DNA from: Amoebophrya sp. A120
Taxonomy: Eukaryota; Protista; Dinoflagellata
Assembly (NCBI GenBank): GCA_905178155.1
Contig: CAJINV010000002.1
Span: 12,533,621 to 12,597,620 of the forward strand
DNA: 64,000 nucleotides
Reading direction: 5' to 3'
The notes beneath the pieces are model-generated. The model saw nothing but the letters and a program-made list of their open reading frames with translations, made no database searches and was not told where the DNA came from. Below, piece after piece: positions 37,301 to 50,484 of this stretch (the stretch's first letter is position 1; every line of letters begins with the position of its first letter). A program made the position numbers and the translations under genes.

Positions 37301-40300
37301 CTCTGCTGCTCCTCCTGAATGGATACGTACTGTATAGGGGAGCTCCGCGGGTCCGTGTGCATGATTTCGTCCTGCAGTCGTTTCACCGGGATAATTTTCA
37401 ACGTTTTCAGTTTTTGGATGTCCGGCTTGTCCTCAAAGGCGATTAGTAACAGCAAGGCGCGGTGGAGGAGCAAAGTGTTATTCCTCTCGCTTGCGTTCGT
37501 CGTGTGGAACAAGATGTCCTCCGTGCTATTGTGAATGTTCAGCTGCTCGAGACACTGCAGGGCCACGGCACCGTCAAGGGACTTCAGATTGACCGCCTGT
37601 GCGAGTGGTTCGGGAACCTCACAGGCAAGATAGAAGAGGTTGCACGCATTCACCAGCGGCTCCACGAACTGCATAATCCGCGACTCCTCGTTGTCCATCA
37701 CACCTCCAAACCCCCCGTCGTTCCGCAACAATCCGCCGAACGCTTGACGCGCCCCGGCGGCGATTGTCGGCGGCAACCGCGCCCGAAGCACTTGGTGTGG
37801 CGCTGCAAACAAGCGTGTGGAGGCACTAGTACTTGAGGGTGATTTTCCGGCTTTGCGGACAAACAGGAAGGGCACGCTCTCCAGCGCGGCAAGGACCGCG
37901 CGCGGAGTGCGCTGGAAGAACTCCAAACCCTCGTTCGGCAGCGGGATAACCTGATAGAGCTGGGACAGCATCAGATGGAGCACCTGCTTCCTCTTTCGCA
38001 AGTGGGTGTCGAAGTTTGCAGACTTTCCTTCTGCTGGAATCTGCAGAGTCCTGGTACCCGCAGCAGGACTGATGTCTTCATCGTCCCACGGACTTTGCAA
38101 GGCCAAAAACGCCGCTTCGTCCTTACTGGGGTTCACTGCGAGCTCGTAGTAGTTCTTCCCCACAATCTCGATGTATTTCCGCACTGCCTTAGCAAAGGCC
38201 GCCGGCACGTGGTCTCGCAAAAACTGGTTGAATGCGTCGGTCGAGGTCAGAGCCTCGCGACTGGTCGCGACTGCGAAGTCCGCCTGGATCACGAAGCGGA
38301 AGCCGTAGCTCCGCGTTGGCAGCCAGGCGAAGACGTGCTGCTGCTCCGTAATCAAGGCGTTCTTCTGCAAGTCGTGATATTTGCTCGAGTCCGGTTCGGC
38401 GCCACTTGAAGATCCTCCCTTGTTCAACGGGCTGGAAATGAATCCGCCGATGATAGCATCGTGATCTGGAACGGTTGAGTCGACGGCTTCCAAACTTTGC
38501 AGCTTTTGCAAGTAGCTGTTCACATCCGGAACCGGAATGGCAATCTTCAGTTCAGAATCCGCGTTGCCGCGATCGGTCGGCGAGACCAAGGATTCCGTGT
38601 ACACAAACCACGTTTCCCGGTCCGCAGCGGGGGAAGAGTAGAGAACATTATCCTTCATCGCAGAAGAAGTGCCAGAAGTAGTAGAAAGGGTTTCCAACGC
38701 TAAGATGCTCGAGCTTGCATCGTCAAACAAGATGTTCTTCTGCATCTTGATTTTGAAGTACCCCTCGTGAGCGAGCACCAACCGCTGCAGCTTGCGCAGA
38801 AACAGAAGTAGTCTGGGCTGCAGATCTTCGGTCAACCTGCCCACGAGCTGCACCGAGGAGAGCGAGTTCAGCAGCGGCAAAACGGTCCGCGTCCCGCGAT
38901 TTTTAAAACTTGATAGAGCTGCAGTTGCAGATCCCGATGTGCTCGCCGAAGACAGCGACAGGCTTGTCACGTCTGGTGACAGGTTTTGCGCCGGTCGCGC
39001 GAGCGGGAAGGGGACCAAATACCCCAGGCCGTTCAGCGCATCGCAGTCGAAGTGAAAGGAGAACGCGCCGGAGTGGATGATCGGGGTCTTTGTCACTTTG
39101 AACACGGACTTGAACCCCACACCCTTGTGCCCAATGAACTTTTTGTTCGTCTTCGTGGATTGTGCAATGTCGCACAACGCGCGGACGTCTTTAGCCTGAA
39201 ACCCCTCCTCGCAGTGCTCCGCGATCAACAGCGCCTTCGCCTTGTTCTTTCCCGGAACTTTGTGCAGCGGGAAAGTGGTCCACTTGTTTTCCTGCTTCTG
39301 CTGGTCGATGTCCGCTACGGTGATGCACAAAGCAGGCACCACCTCGTCGGAAAAGGAGCAATCATCGGCGTTCTGCAGCAGTTCCAGGACGAAGTGAGAT
39401 TCCCCGGAGTACAGATCCGCGGCCAGCCGACTCACCGCGCCCTGCAGCGTCTTCTGCAGACTGCGAATCCGCTCGTCCTGCGGCTCGCGAAGCCAGTGTC
39501 TCGAGACCGGATCGACGTCCTGCAGGGGGACCCCTTTGACCCGCGCGATCTCCGTGCACAGCGTCTCGTTGGAAAGATTACTCGGCGGGGCTTGTTCGCT
39601 TCCTGGTGTTCGCTCGTCGGTCTTTCCGGCTTGTTCCGGCAGCTCTGTCGGTTTGGCCGTTTTCGACGTTTCTGCTTGTTCTTTCGCCGCCTGTGCTGCG
39701 AGAAGTTGCTCCTCTTTTGAAAGCGCAGGCGCTGCTATCGCACTACCTTGTACTTCCGCAAGTTTCCGCTTCTTCGAAGGTGGGCCGTCGTCAGTCGTTG
39801 CAGAGACTAGTCTATGCTTGACCAGAAAACCCTCCCGAGCACGGCTATCTACAAAGGATTTTGAAAAGTCTTCCTTTGGCAGTGTCCACTCGGTAATCCC
39901 GAATTTCTTTCCGAGTTCCAACACCAAAACCCGATCGTTCGGCGACCCCGCAGTTTCCGCGAGCAGCAGCGTTCTGGGCCGCCGCAGCTTCACGTAGGGA
40001 CGCAGAAACACGTCCGCCACGGCTGCCGCATCCAATTCGGAAGACACTGCAAGCAGCTCGTACGGAATCAAGTTCGCAAACCGCAATGCAACAGATTCCG
40101 GATTGGAAAACTTCGACGAGACAGACGCTATACTCGCATAGTATTCTGCAACTTCCTTTTCGTACACGCCAAACATCTCGACGGTGCTACTCGATCCACC
40201 AGCTGTGATGTTGTCAGAGGCATAGTGGCTTTCTATGTTTTCGCGCACGAACCTGCGCACCACGACAGCGACGGCGCTGCGCAGGTTGTCATCCTCGAAG

Positions 40301-43300
40301 AGAGATCGCCGCAGCTCGTCACTACCCGTCGCCGTACGGTAGTCGCCGATTTTGAAGTAGACGCCCGCTTTGACCTCGAGAAATTCGGTCTGAAACTTCT
40401 TCAAGTCTTCGCTTTGCAGAGTGGCGCAAAATTCCGCGATTGACCCCACGAATGGCGCAAAAACCTCGCTCCAATCCGGATTCGCAGCGGCCACATCCAT
40501 CATGAGAGGAGTGTTCCAGAGCCGGGTAAGGGCGTCGGTCCTCATTTTTTTCAGTGCTGTCGCGTCTTGCTTCTCCGAGGTTTGGCTGTCAGAATTTCGT
40601 CCCGTAAGCATCATGGCTAGCCGTGGAACCGCGTCGGTCGATGCAGCAAACCGCGCTTCTTCCAGCCTAGCAACGTCGACTGCACGCCCCGAGAGATCCG
40701 GCATGCACTTCTTCAGCAGCAAATCTAGTCCATTACTCGAGGTTGAACTCGCATTTGAAGTTCCAGAGCCCCCAAAGTAGTGCCGCTGCATCGCAGCCCG
40801 AAGCCGGCCCTCCACTCTTTCCTTCGACGGTTCCGGCATTTTTTCTTCCTGCGCGGCGAGCAAGAGACCGATGTTCTTCCACCACTTCAGGTCGTTATTG
40901 GAAAAGTTATTTTCCGCAGTCTTTGCGGCTTTTCCTGCACCGCCCTCTTTGCTCTTCCCATTTGTGATACCTCGGACGTCGCAGAGCTGATTCGGGCCAG
41001 CAATGAGGCAATTTTTCTCCACGAGCAAATCCGCAAGTTTGTAGCCGTACTGCTCTGCCAGCAGAGCCACGACGGAATGCGCCTTCACGGCCTCGTGGCC
41101 GTACTGATCTTGCAGCAGCGACTCGCAGTCAGAGACCCACTCCAGGAATTCTGAAAGCCCGAACGTCGACTCGGTTGCTGCACCGTGTAGTTCCAATTCT
41201 TCGCCTATTGCCGCATTAACACCGGACTCCACTTTCGCTTTCGCGACTGCCACGACGCAGCTATCCACGCGCTCCGTGAGCAGCTGTATCAAGTGGTCCG
41301 CGAAGGCCGTTTCGGATACGGCGGTCACGCCCTTCGCACCAGGCGGTCCAGTTTTGCTCTGGCTGGAAGTAGATGTAACTCCTGCGTTGAGGCCAGAAGA
41401 AGAAGATTTTACGAGCAGTCCGGACGCTTTTGACGTTGCGGTCGGGACGCTTTTCCTCTGCTCTTGCTTCGTAGCAAGTACTGCATTCGAACCACTCCCG
41501 CCGATCGCAAGCATAGTACCAGCGCTGCCATTGACTCCACCAGTGCTTTGTTGCTCCAGCAATTTCTCACTCAAGATCTCCCGCAACGTTTTCGCCTCGT
41601 GTTGCTCCCCAGCAACGTCGCCACTGTGATCGGAAAGCACGATAACCGGCCCCGCGTGGACCAGGTACTCCAGTACAGAAACCGGCGCTTCGGAGTTCGC
41701 GGAACAACGAAGGAATTCCAGATACGCTTGCTCCGCCTCCGCCAGAATTTCGAGCAAGTCCGCATTTTGCTTCGGGAATTTGTCCAACGAGGCCAAAACT
41801 CGGCGCTTCAGCTCGTTGTTCAGGTACAGCTTCCGCAGGTTGTCCGCTTTCTGCACCGAGCTCTTGTTCCACACCTCGCTACTTTGTTTCTTCATCTTCG
41901 CCGCCGCCTTTGTCAGAGGAATGATGTTCGCCAAGGTCATGAACAACAGCGGAGACACCGAGTGCTTCACGAACCGGTCGACCAAAGTGTCCAGGTCCTG
42001 CTCCTTTTGCGCCAACACGATTTGCACCTTGTTCACGAGCTCCGCTACTTGGTCGGTTCCGGCTTTCGCCGACTTCTCGAAGTTTGCCAACACACTGTGC
42101 ATGGACTTGAACGAGCGGCGAAAATCCAAACCCAGGTCCCGGGCGCAGAGCGCCTCGCAGAACTCCAAACGCAGTCCGTAGGTCTGGCACTTCTCGAACG
42201 CGCGGAACACGTGCTCCCACCGCATCACGTGGGACACGTGCACCTGCTCCTCCTTCACGCGGTCGTGCAACTGCTTCACGTTCGTGCTCAGCATCAACTG
42301 GTTCTCCTTCCCGGCGTGGTTGAAGTTCGACCGCTGCAGTTTCGCCAGCTTCCACGGCCGCGTGTTGATGGCTTCTATGACCTGCTCAAACGTTACAATC
42401 TCAAACGTTACAATAGAATCTGAGATTTGTCTTGCATGATCAACATGACAGACTCGGACAGCGTTCCACTTTTTGCAATGCAAATTTCGCCAGATTGTAG
42501 TGCGGATTGGAACTCCAGAACTTGTCATGCGCAATCCTGTGGGAGTAGGGTAGATCATGTTCATGCACTTCTTGCAACACAAATTCCAGATTCTATTGTA
42601 ACGCTTGAGATTGTAACACCTGAGCGGGTTATAGCTTCCTCCAACACTTTCTGTTCGCGGTCGAACTTCTTCTTCATCTTCCGCATGATAGTCCGCACCA
42701 GCCCCTGGCGCTGCACGAAGACGCCCAGGTCCAAGTAGTTCGCCTTTTTGTAGATCTGCGCCACCTTCTTCAGCCCCGTCTCGATGGTCCAGTCGGTGTC
42801 CCCCTGGTGCTCGTCCCAGTTCTCCGCCGGGATCGTGGCGATCAGGTACCCCATCAGCCGCTCGGTGGAGAGTTCCGGGAACTTCACCACGGGCTGCAGG
42901 GACGCGTCGGTCTCCTTTTTGATTTTCGACGCAGAGCTGTTGTTGATCGTCGGGAGGAGATTCAGTTGGAAGTTCCGCCGCACCAACGGGTGGTATTCAA
43001 GTCGACCCAGGGCGTTCAGCGACTCCTGCGACTTGATCACGGGGTTGCGTTCAATCATGATCCGCAAGTCGTGCAGCGTCATCAACGCCATGCAGGAAAA
43101 CGCCACTTGGCAGGTCGTGTCCACGACGAAGGAGACCTGGATCAGTCCCTTGAGCAGCGCGCCCACCTGGGGCAGGTTCAAAATCTGCGAGGGGTGCATC
43201 TGCTGCGCCCAGGCCAGGTTGTCCAGCTGTCCCTGGATGTGCGCGATGGTGAGGAACCCGTGGGTCTTGATGAACCGCTCGAAAACGGAGGTCACCGTTT

Positions 43301-45621
43301 GTTTCATCTGCTGAAAGTCGGCCTCGCTCAATCTCTGATTCTTCCCCTGCCCCTTGCGATTGTTCGTGTTGGCCCAGGGGTCGATGTTGCGGGAGATCGC
43401 GTACGCGACGCGCGCCTCCTCGCGCTTGTACTCTTCCACGTAGGACATGTTGTAGTAGGCCAGCACCTTGGCAAAACTGTGCTCAATCAGGTTTGGGATG
43501 CAGTAGATGTCCAAATGACCGTCGTCGTCGTCCAGGTCCAGTTCCGCTGCGTGCGTGATCTCCATGGTGTTCTCCGCGTTCAGAAACGTCCGCGCTTCGG
43601 CGAGGGAGTGCTTCCTGGGTGCCTTGACTTGCAGCTCCAGTTGCTGATTGTTCTGTGCCGCGCCGCCCGTGGTGGTCCCAGGACTTGCTCCTGGTTCTCC
43701 GTCCGCTTGCATCGCCTCGGCGGTGAAGTCGACCTGGGTCTGGTCCAACCGCTCACTCATCTCCGCTCGCACCTGGCTCCCGTCTTGTCCGAAGCCCTCA
43801 AAGGCGAAACCCTGGTCGCCGTCGCCCTTATTTCCAGATTTTTTCTTCGGGTTCACGAGGCCCACATTGACGCTCTTCACCTTCGTGTTCGACTCCGACG
43901 CGAAAACGTTGTAAACGTCATTTCGGACGGCGCGGTGCTGATTGCGGAACACCTGCGTGGCCTCAGCCTGGCTACCAACAACAGCAGGGATGCGGGCTGC
44001 CTCATTGTCTTTTTCCTGAACAACCTGTAGATCATAGTGACAGTCTTGCTAGAAGGGCATGGATGAAACTACATGGCCTTTTGATGTGGCATCTTGTCGT
44101 ACAAGAGGTCGAGCATGTTGCGCCGAACTCCCACTTGAACAAAAGAGAAACAAAGTGCTGCCGTCGATCATCACTCTACTTATTTGATTCAAAAAAACAT
44201 CTTCTTGAACAAAAACCACAACGGTGGTGTAGGGATCAAATGCCATACCTGTGTTCCCCCGGGCAGTGTTTGTACTTTTCCCCCGGTCTTGGCTCCTATC
44301 AAACCCCCCAGATGCTGCCTGAGCTTGTCCTTATTCGCGGTCGCAGCTGCACCAGGCAGCGGCACGAGCTTACTCCCCGTAGCCTGTCCTGCGGTGTGGC
44401 TTTTTCCCGTTACCGCGTTCCGCAGTTCCGTCGTCCACATCCGACCGTTGCCGGGGACAAACACATTTCTGTCCCGGGCCTCAAACCGACGGTGAAGTTC
44501 CTGCAGCTTCGAGGCCCGCGACTGTTTGCGGCCGTACCAAATCACCATGAAGCGGTTCACGTCCCGCTGTCCAAAGGATTCGTGCTGGATCAGCTCGCGG
44601 TACTCGCGGTGCTGGGCGACGATGTGGATATCCTTGCGCTGCTGGTTGCTCAGCGACGCGGGGAACTCGTATGTCGGGGACGCATCCCCGAGGGCGACCA
44701 TCTCGGCAAGCAGGTGCCAAACATAGTCTGCGAGCTGATCACTCGTGTACGTGTGCAAGGGGTCCTCAATCACCTTGTACAACGGATCGTCATCCACCTC
44801 GTTTTCGGCTCGGAGGTTGTTTAGCTCCTCCGCCTCGTCCTCCTCGTCCTCGTCAAACCCGTAGGCACTGGGCTGGCCCCCGTACCCCCCGTCGTCGTGG
44901 TCTTCCGCAAGAGAAACGTGCGGTGCGGCGTTCTTCTGCCCATAAGTCTGCTCGTCACGCTGCGGCTGTTCCTCTCGTGGGGACGAAGCTGAAAAGTGGT
45001 TGAGAAGAGTGAAGTGATATTGAAACAATGCAATCATAGCATTTTATTTTCCATGCTGGGTACGGTGAGAGGGCACAGGTACTCAAAACACGCTACATTT
45101 TTACATCTCTATCTTGGTGTAATGTTGTAACCTTAGAGCATAAGTTATGCTCTAAATCCATAGCAACTACTATCTAAATCATGATCCGCCATACCATAAT
45201 TTGGCTCTTCGTCATCGTCGAGCACGATGACGTCGTCATTCTGGAAGGGATTGTTTGTCGCAGCACCGCGCCCGCTGCGCTCACTTCTGGACGAGTGTGC
45301 TGACTGCTCGAATTGGTCGTTCTGAAACGGGTTGTTTTGTTGAAAAGGGTTGTTGCCGCTCGAAGAGGAACCACCCCCTCCGGTATTTTGATCGTAGTTC
45401 TGACCCCCCCGTCGCTGATTAAACGAGGACGACCCGGACGAACCTCCTGCACCCTGCTGCCCTCCGCCACTGAAAAGGTTGTATGCAGCGGCCTTGCCCG
45501 CGTGTCCTTGCTGATTCTGGTGGTGACCACCTTTCGCATTCTGCCGTCCCCGGTTGTTGTGCCGCGAGTTGTTGGCATGCTGCGTCACGCGTTTCGGCAT
45601 TGGCAGATTAGACGATGACAT
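31381..45621 (-). CDS. Giant NO VEIN-like protein (~4,515 aa): R3H domain + sacsin/NOV-type GHKL ATPase + C-terminal DUF3883 PD-(D/E)xK-like domain; exons 45195-45621, 44249-44988, 42634-44024, 31381-42370
   Basis: ATPase motifs LAADLYSGESHFVLELLQNADD and IGHKGVGFKSVF, plus GFRFVIQADF. C-terminus has GELGE...WLNEFDEAGLPFDF...LVEVKAT...FEVSLQE. R3H motif FPASLSNQQRKDIHIVA...HESFG. Exon lengths sum to 13,548 nt, a multiple of 3. Confidence 0.88.
42371..42638. mobile_element. Introner-like non-canonical intron, family B (263 bp), in the NO VEIN-like gene
   Basis: 5-bp direct repeat gcttc at 42371-42375 and 42634-42638. Long imperfect terminal inverted repeats (tatgacctgctcaaacgttacaatctcaaacgttacaatagaatctg versus cagattctattgtaacgcttgagattgtaacacctgagcgggttata). 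Removal gives in-frame VLEEAINTRP. Confidence 0.85.
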
Positions 45622-47509
45622 GTTCGCAAATTATGGTCGGTGCGTGCGTTCGGATGAAGTGCGAGCGAAATTTAGGACATCGTGTGACCGGATTGTTTCG
45701 CAATTTAGTGGGAGGAAGTGAAGAGCAAAACTAGCTGCCTCTAACCAAAGACAGCAAAAAACTCTTCGTATAGATACAAGCGAGTCAACACTGCGATGAA
45801 ATTGGTGTATATGCGCCCATGTTATGTATGGAGGCAAAAAGAGTACATTCATACATACAACTAGCTAAAAAAGCGACTGCTTATCACGGCGAATACGAAT
45901 ACTTACAAGAAAGACAGACTGATTTATTACTTTGACGTTTACTCCTGGGCGGGTTGTTGCACAATGAATCTGATGGTAGGGAGGTCGGTGTAACGCGAAT
46001 GGGGATATCTGTATCTGTAAGGAAATGTGAGGCTGTAAGCATTACTTAGTAACAATCTTCGTTTTGAGATCCTGTTATTAACACAAGCACTCCGGACTGA
46101 CCTCTGACCTGTCTTTTCACGAACCGCGCTCCTAATTTTCTGAACCGAGCGACAATGCATATTTTCGGTAGTGGACCTTGGTGACCCAGCTTCGCCCCTG
46201 GGATAAGAAACACGACAACCAGGCTGACCAACAGAACCCGAATAGAGATAGACTGTGAGTCGCTTGAGCGATCTGGTAAGTAGATCTTGCGTAAAGACAG
46301 ACAACAGAGGAACTTCTGGACACGAAAATCACGAGCACAGAGACACAGAAAGATTGATTGACAACACAACGATACCATGTCAATATCTGCGACTTCATTG
46401 CGACAGAGAAGATCGATTCCGATTTATTCTTCCCGAAGACCGGACCAGGACCAGTGGATACACACAATTTCAAACGCGAATCAAAATGAATGTTCTCTTG
46501 CTGTGACCGACAAAATAAATCTTTGTACGGTTACGGACAGAGTTCGGCGAACACTGAGAATCAGGGAGGTAGAAGGGTGGACGCGGGTCACACCACTGAA
46601 AGTGAAAAAACTGCTTTTATAGGAAAACTCTTTGTCCGGGATGTTCTCGTCTCGATCAGTGGCGTAAAAGTTTGTTCGACACATCACTGCCAGAAGAACG
46701 GCGGCCGTTGGTACTGACATACGTTTCTCAACAGCGGAGGTTGTTCGCGGCGTTCATGCAACAGGCTGCGAACTGTTTTGTTCGATCGTTCCTAGCTACA
46801 CGGAAGAAAAAAGTAGGGACGTCCTTGTGTAAAGTGCGTTCTCCTTTAGTTGCCTTTCCTCTCTCGCTACGCCACGGTGGCCATTTGAGTACTTACTTAC
46901 TACGCTAGTGATGTTGTTTATCATAGAACTCCGGACAATAGATACGCTGGGGAAAGTCGGGAAATCAAGATTTTTGAGTATGTTCAACCTAGTAGCATTC
47001 TTGGAGTGAAAGTCGAAGTCGCGAAACGCGCTTCCACTTGACTGCTTGGGCGTAACCGGGATACGGTAATTGTGGGGGACACAGCAGGGGCGTGAATAGG
47101 CCGAAAAACTTCCCAGTCTCGGTATTCCTACAGTGTGTGGGTGGGAGTGCGCGGACGATATCTCTTAATTCTAATTTCAATTCGGGTGAAGAGAAATTCC
47201 AAAGCTATGTGTTCTCTCGCGTCTGGGGTCGCGTAGGTGAGGGTGTTTACTTACTGTTCTTTTGTAAGAAGATTGCGGGTAGTGCTTAAACTCGTAGAAT
47301 CAAAATTTGGAAATGTATGTTATGCCAATGCCAAAAACACGACGAAAAAAAACGTAAAGATTTGAAACCAGTAACAGAATATTAATGTTGTTGAAAAATA
47401 AGTAAAATGCCCGGTGAAGGACACCCAAAGAATTCCACAAGTTGAAAATGATTCTGCTGCCTTGATTGCGTGAGTCATTCGATTCGCGGCCAAAATGACG
47501 AATAAAGTT

Positions 47510-49132
47510 TTATTCGTAGCCGGCAATGTGCGTGGTTGACATCAGCTGCTGCTGCTGGTCGGACACCCGCGGCTGCTGTCCCGTGTAGCGCGAAGCCGGG
47601 CGTTGCAACCCGCTTTGCTGCTGGGCCAAGAGCGCTTGCTGCGAGGCCCGCGTGGTTCGGCTGCCCTGCTGTTGGGCGAGAGGCGGTTGTTGCGAGGCCC
47701 GCATGGCTCGGCTCTCCTGCTGTTGGGCCAGCAGCGCTTGTTGCGAGGGTCGCATGACTTGGCTCTGCTGTTGCTGCTGCTGTTGCTGCACTTGGCTCGC
47801 TCCCCCCGCAGCCTGACTTTGCACGCGGGACTGCTGCGTAGTTGCGGGCCGGGCTGCAGTGGCCGTACCGATCGCACGGCCTGGGCTGGGACGCGGGCTG
47901 CGGCTCCGCGACCGCCCCGCGCGGTTGGACGCAGCGGCAGTGCGACAGAGGTTGATTCCGTACAACATCACAGCGATGATCAAAGTCAGAAGGATAAAGA
48001 CGCCAGTTCCCTGACAGCAAAATTTGCAAAACTCAGCGTTAGCACCGGTCCCCGCCGCAGCGTACGTCGGTTTGTAGGGACTGGGCGTCGTCGTGGGCAC
48101 AACACCCTGCTTGTTTTCCGTGTGATTTTTTGCCGCGCCGACCGGAGTCGCACTCTTTCCCGCGCCTTTTCCCCCATGTTGGACGTCGCCACCGCCGGAT
48201 CCCGCACCATTTCCCGCGCCTTTCCCGGAGGATGAATCGGTACTGTTTTTGCCGGCGCCAACACTCGCCGAATCGCCCTGGTTCCCCGGGACGGCGTTCG
48301 CAGCGGCTGCCGCCGCAGCCTCGTCCGCCTGCTCCTGCAGAGTCTCCCCAGTGAGCGGAGTTTCCTCGGGCGGTTTCTTCGATTGTCCCGAAATGAAGTC
48401 GGAGACGGGGAGCTGGTTAGCAGGAGCAGGAGCAGGAGCAGCGGTCGCAGTTGGAGCTGCCGAGCTAACCACGGATTCCGTGGTGCGCTGGGTTGGATCG
48501 ACATTCCTTCCCAACGTGGGCAGCTCGTCGCCCATGGCTCCTTCCAAGCGTGTCTCACCATCCTCATCTTCGTCGTCGGCGGGCTCTTCTACTTCCAGCG
48601 GTGATTCGGCGTCGGCGGCGTCTACGCTTGATATTGGCGCTTCATCGCCGGTACTGCCTGACGATGCGGTACCGTCGTCAGTGTAGAGATCGGGTGTGCT
48701 TCCCGACGACGCCTCTGCGCTCTCATCGGTTTGATCGCCGCTCGCACCTGCTCCCGAGGGGAGCAATGGTCCGCTGCTCGCGCTCGACTTCCCTCCACTC
48801 CCCGCGGAGGGCCCTGCGTCGGTCGGGGGACCACCCTCGGCTGATGTGCCTTTACCCTCTCCCTTCGCGGAGGTGTCGCCAGCCTCTGCCGCAGCGTCCT
48901 GAGATCCGCCATGACCGCCCGTCCCCTCGTGCCCCGAGGCCCCGGCGGGTTGCCGGCCGGTCGTCAAGAACGTGCCGGACAAGTGCCGAGCGTGGCCCTT
49001 CCCGTTTTCAAGATCTCCGTGCCCCTCGATGAACCGATCCAGCAACGCTTTCTGCCGCAAGTGCCCTCTTTTTTCAGCAGAGAGCGTTGCCACCGAGGCG
49101 CCACTGAGGAGAGTGCTGCGAAAAAGTCGCAT
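47510..49132 (-). CDS. Putative type-I membrane/surface protein with low-complexity ectodomain and Q-rich tail
   Basis: 540-aa ORF with signal-like N-terminus, G/S/A/E-rich middle, and TM segment CCQGTGVFILLTLIIAVMLYGINLC. Confidence 0.8.
   Translation of the reverse strand: MRLFRSTLLSGASVATLSAEKRGHLRQKALLDRFIEGHGDLENGKGHARHLSGTFLTTGRQPAGASGHEGTGGHGGSQDAAAEAGDTSAKGEGKGTSAEGGPPTDAGPSAGSGGKSSASSGPLLPSGAGASGDQTDESAEASSGSTPDLYTDDGTASSGSTGDEAPISSVDAADAESPLEVEEPADDEDEDGETRLEGAMGDELPTLGRNVDPTQRTTESVVSSAAPTATAAPAPAPANQLPVSDFISGQSKKPPEETPLTGETLQEQADEAAAAAAANAVPGNQGDSASVGAGKNSTDSSSGKGAGNGAGSGGGDVQHGGKGAGKSATPVGAAKNHTENKQGVVPTTTPSPYKPTYAAAGTGANAEFCKFCCQGTGVFILLTLIIAVMLYGINLCRTAAASNRAGRSRSRSPRPSPGRAIGTATAARPATTQQSRVQSQAAGGASQVQQQQQQQQSQVMRPSQQALLAQQQESRAMRASQQPPLAQQQGSRTTRASQQALLAQQQSGLQRPASRYTGQQPRVSDQQQQLMSTTHIAGYE
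47605..47760 (-). repeat. Three coding 51-bp (17-aa) tandem repeats
   Basis: VMRPSQQALLAQQQESR / AMRASQQPPLAQQQGSR / TTRASQQALLAQQQSGL. Confidence 0.85.
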
Positions 49133-50484
49133 TTGTCTTCTCGGGTAAGTAGGTGGACGCGGTTAGAACAAAAAGATAAATTTTCTTGCGCAGAGTAAGT
49201 TGTGATTTTCGAGGTGAAATAAGTCTCCAGTGGTACACATTTAATCTGAAAAGCCTCCTTGTCAAACGCTTGCGACAAAAAGAAAAGTCAAAGAAGTGCG
49301 TCTTGGAAAACGTGAGTGCATGACCTGTTTTTACTCAGTACATTTGATCGAGCACGGAAATCTTCACATTCTAGACCTTCGATTGCTGAGCAGCCTAATA
49401 GACGAAACATCGCTTTCCAGGTGAGTCCTCGTCCGCAAAAGAGGCATGTCCAACACTTGTTTTGAACGACACGAAACACCAGAAAAACGAAAAAGCAGTG
49501 GGATGCTTTTTCTTGCACGACGAACTGCGCACGAAACTTCTTGCAGTGCTTACCTGATACAGGACGAATACGAAAGACCTGGGTGCAGAGACAGTACGAG
49601 ACGACACCCAAACACGTTTCGCCACTTTCTGCCCGATGTCTTCCAATTTTCATGAGCAGAAGGAAATTTCAAAACAACTAGATTGAACACGAAATCACTG
49701 TTGTACAGGTACAGCGAAACAACCCGCGCCCACCTCAGCCATGACAGTTCGGGGGCGGAGCCGCTGCGAGGATCTTGTGGACGTAGTTTCTGCAAGAGGA
49801 GTGATGGGTCAACTTGGTTGTCACAGGGATACTTCGGGTGATTCTGAAAGCATGCAATATCTGGTGTGGGATTGGGTCTGGGATGCAGACACAGTTGTTA
49901 AGAAGCAGTGCATCTTCCGGGTAAGAAGTGCATTTGATTTGCTTTACTCGATTCTGGGGTACGAGAATCGTATGTATAAGCAGGAACCGAGTGGCAGAAA
50001 AAAATTCAATTTGAGTACACGGGGAAGTAGCCATGCGGGGAGTGGTTTTCTACGTATGCTCTTACTGTTCAGAAAATGTAGATGTTTCTGGGGCACTACA
50101 TCTTCAGGAGGTGGTGGTAGTGCCGAGTGGCGCTAGTGTACAGATCGTGCGTCTGTGCGGTCCGAGGGGCTTCGGCTCGCGGTGCTGAATATTTCTAATG
50201 TAAAAATTTTGTAAGCAAATCGTACAATGAAAAAAATCTCAACTGGTAAAGAAAAATGAATGTCTAAACAAAAAAAAAGCTGAAATTGGAATCGCAGAAT
50301 CAAAGTATAAAAAAAGTAGAAGGTATGATATGCAAAATGTTTTCAATCAACGGAAAAAAATCATGTGGAAATAGGAATGGCACAACTACTAGTTACAACC
50401 ACAGATTTGCTTTGTAAGTAGAGTGGTCGAGAGACAGAGGCAGAGCATGCATTTGTTCGATAATGCAGCTGCACCGTGCGATTA

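Noticed and set aside
31612-44030. Long plus-strand ORFs (e.g. 508 aa at 31612, 407 aa at 42807)
   Set aside because: Antisense shadows of the minus-strand gene caused by codon bias.
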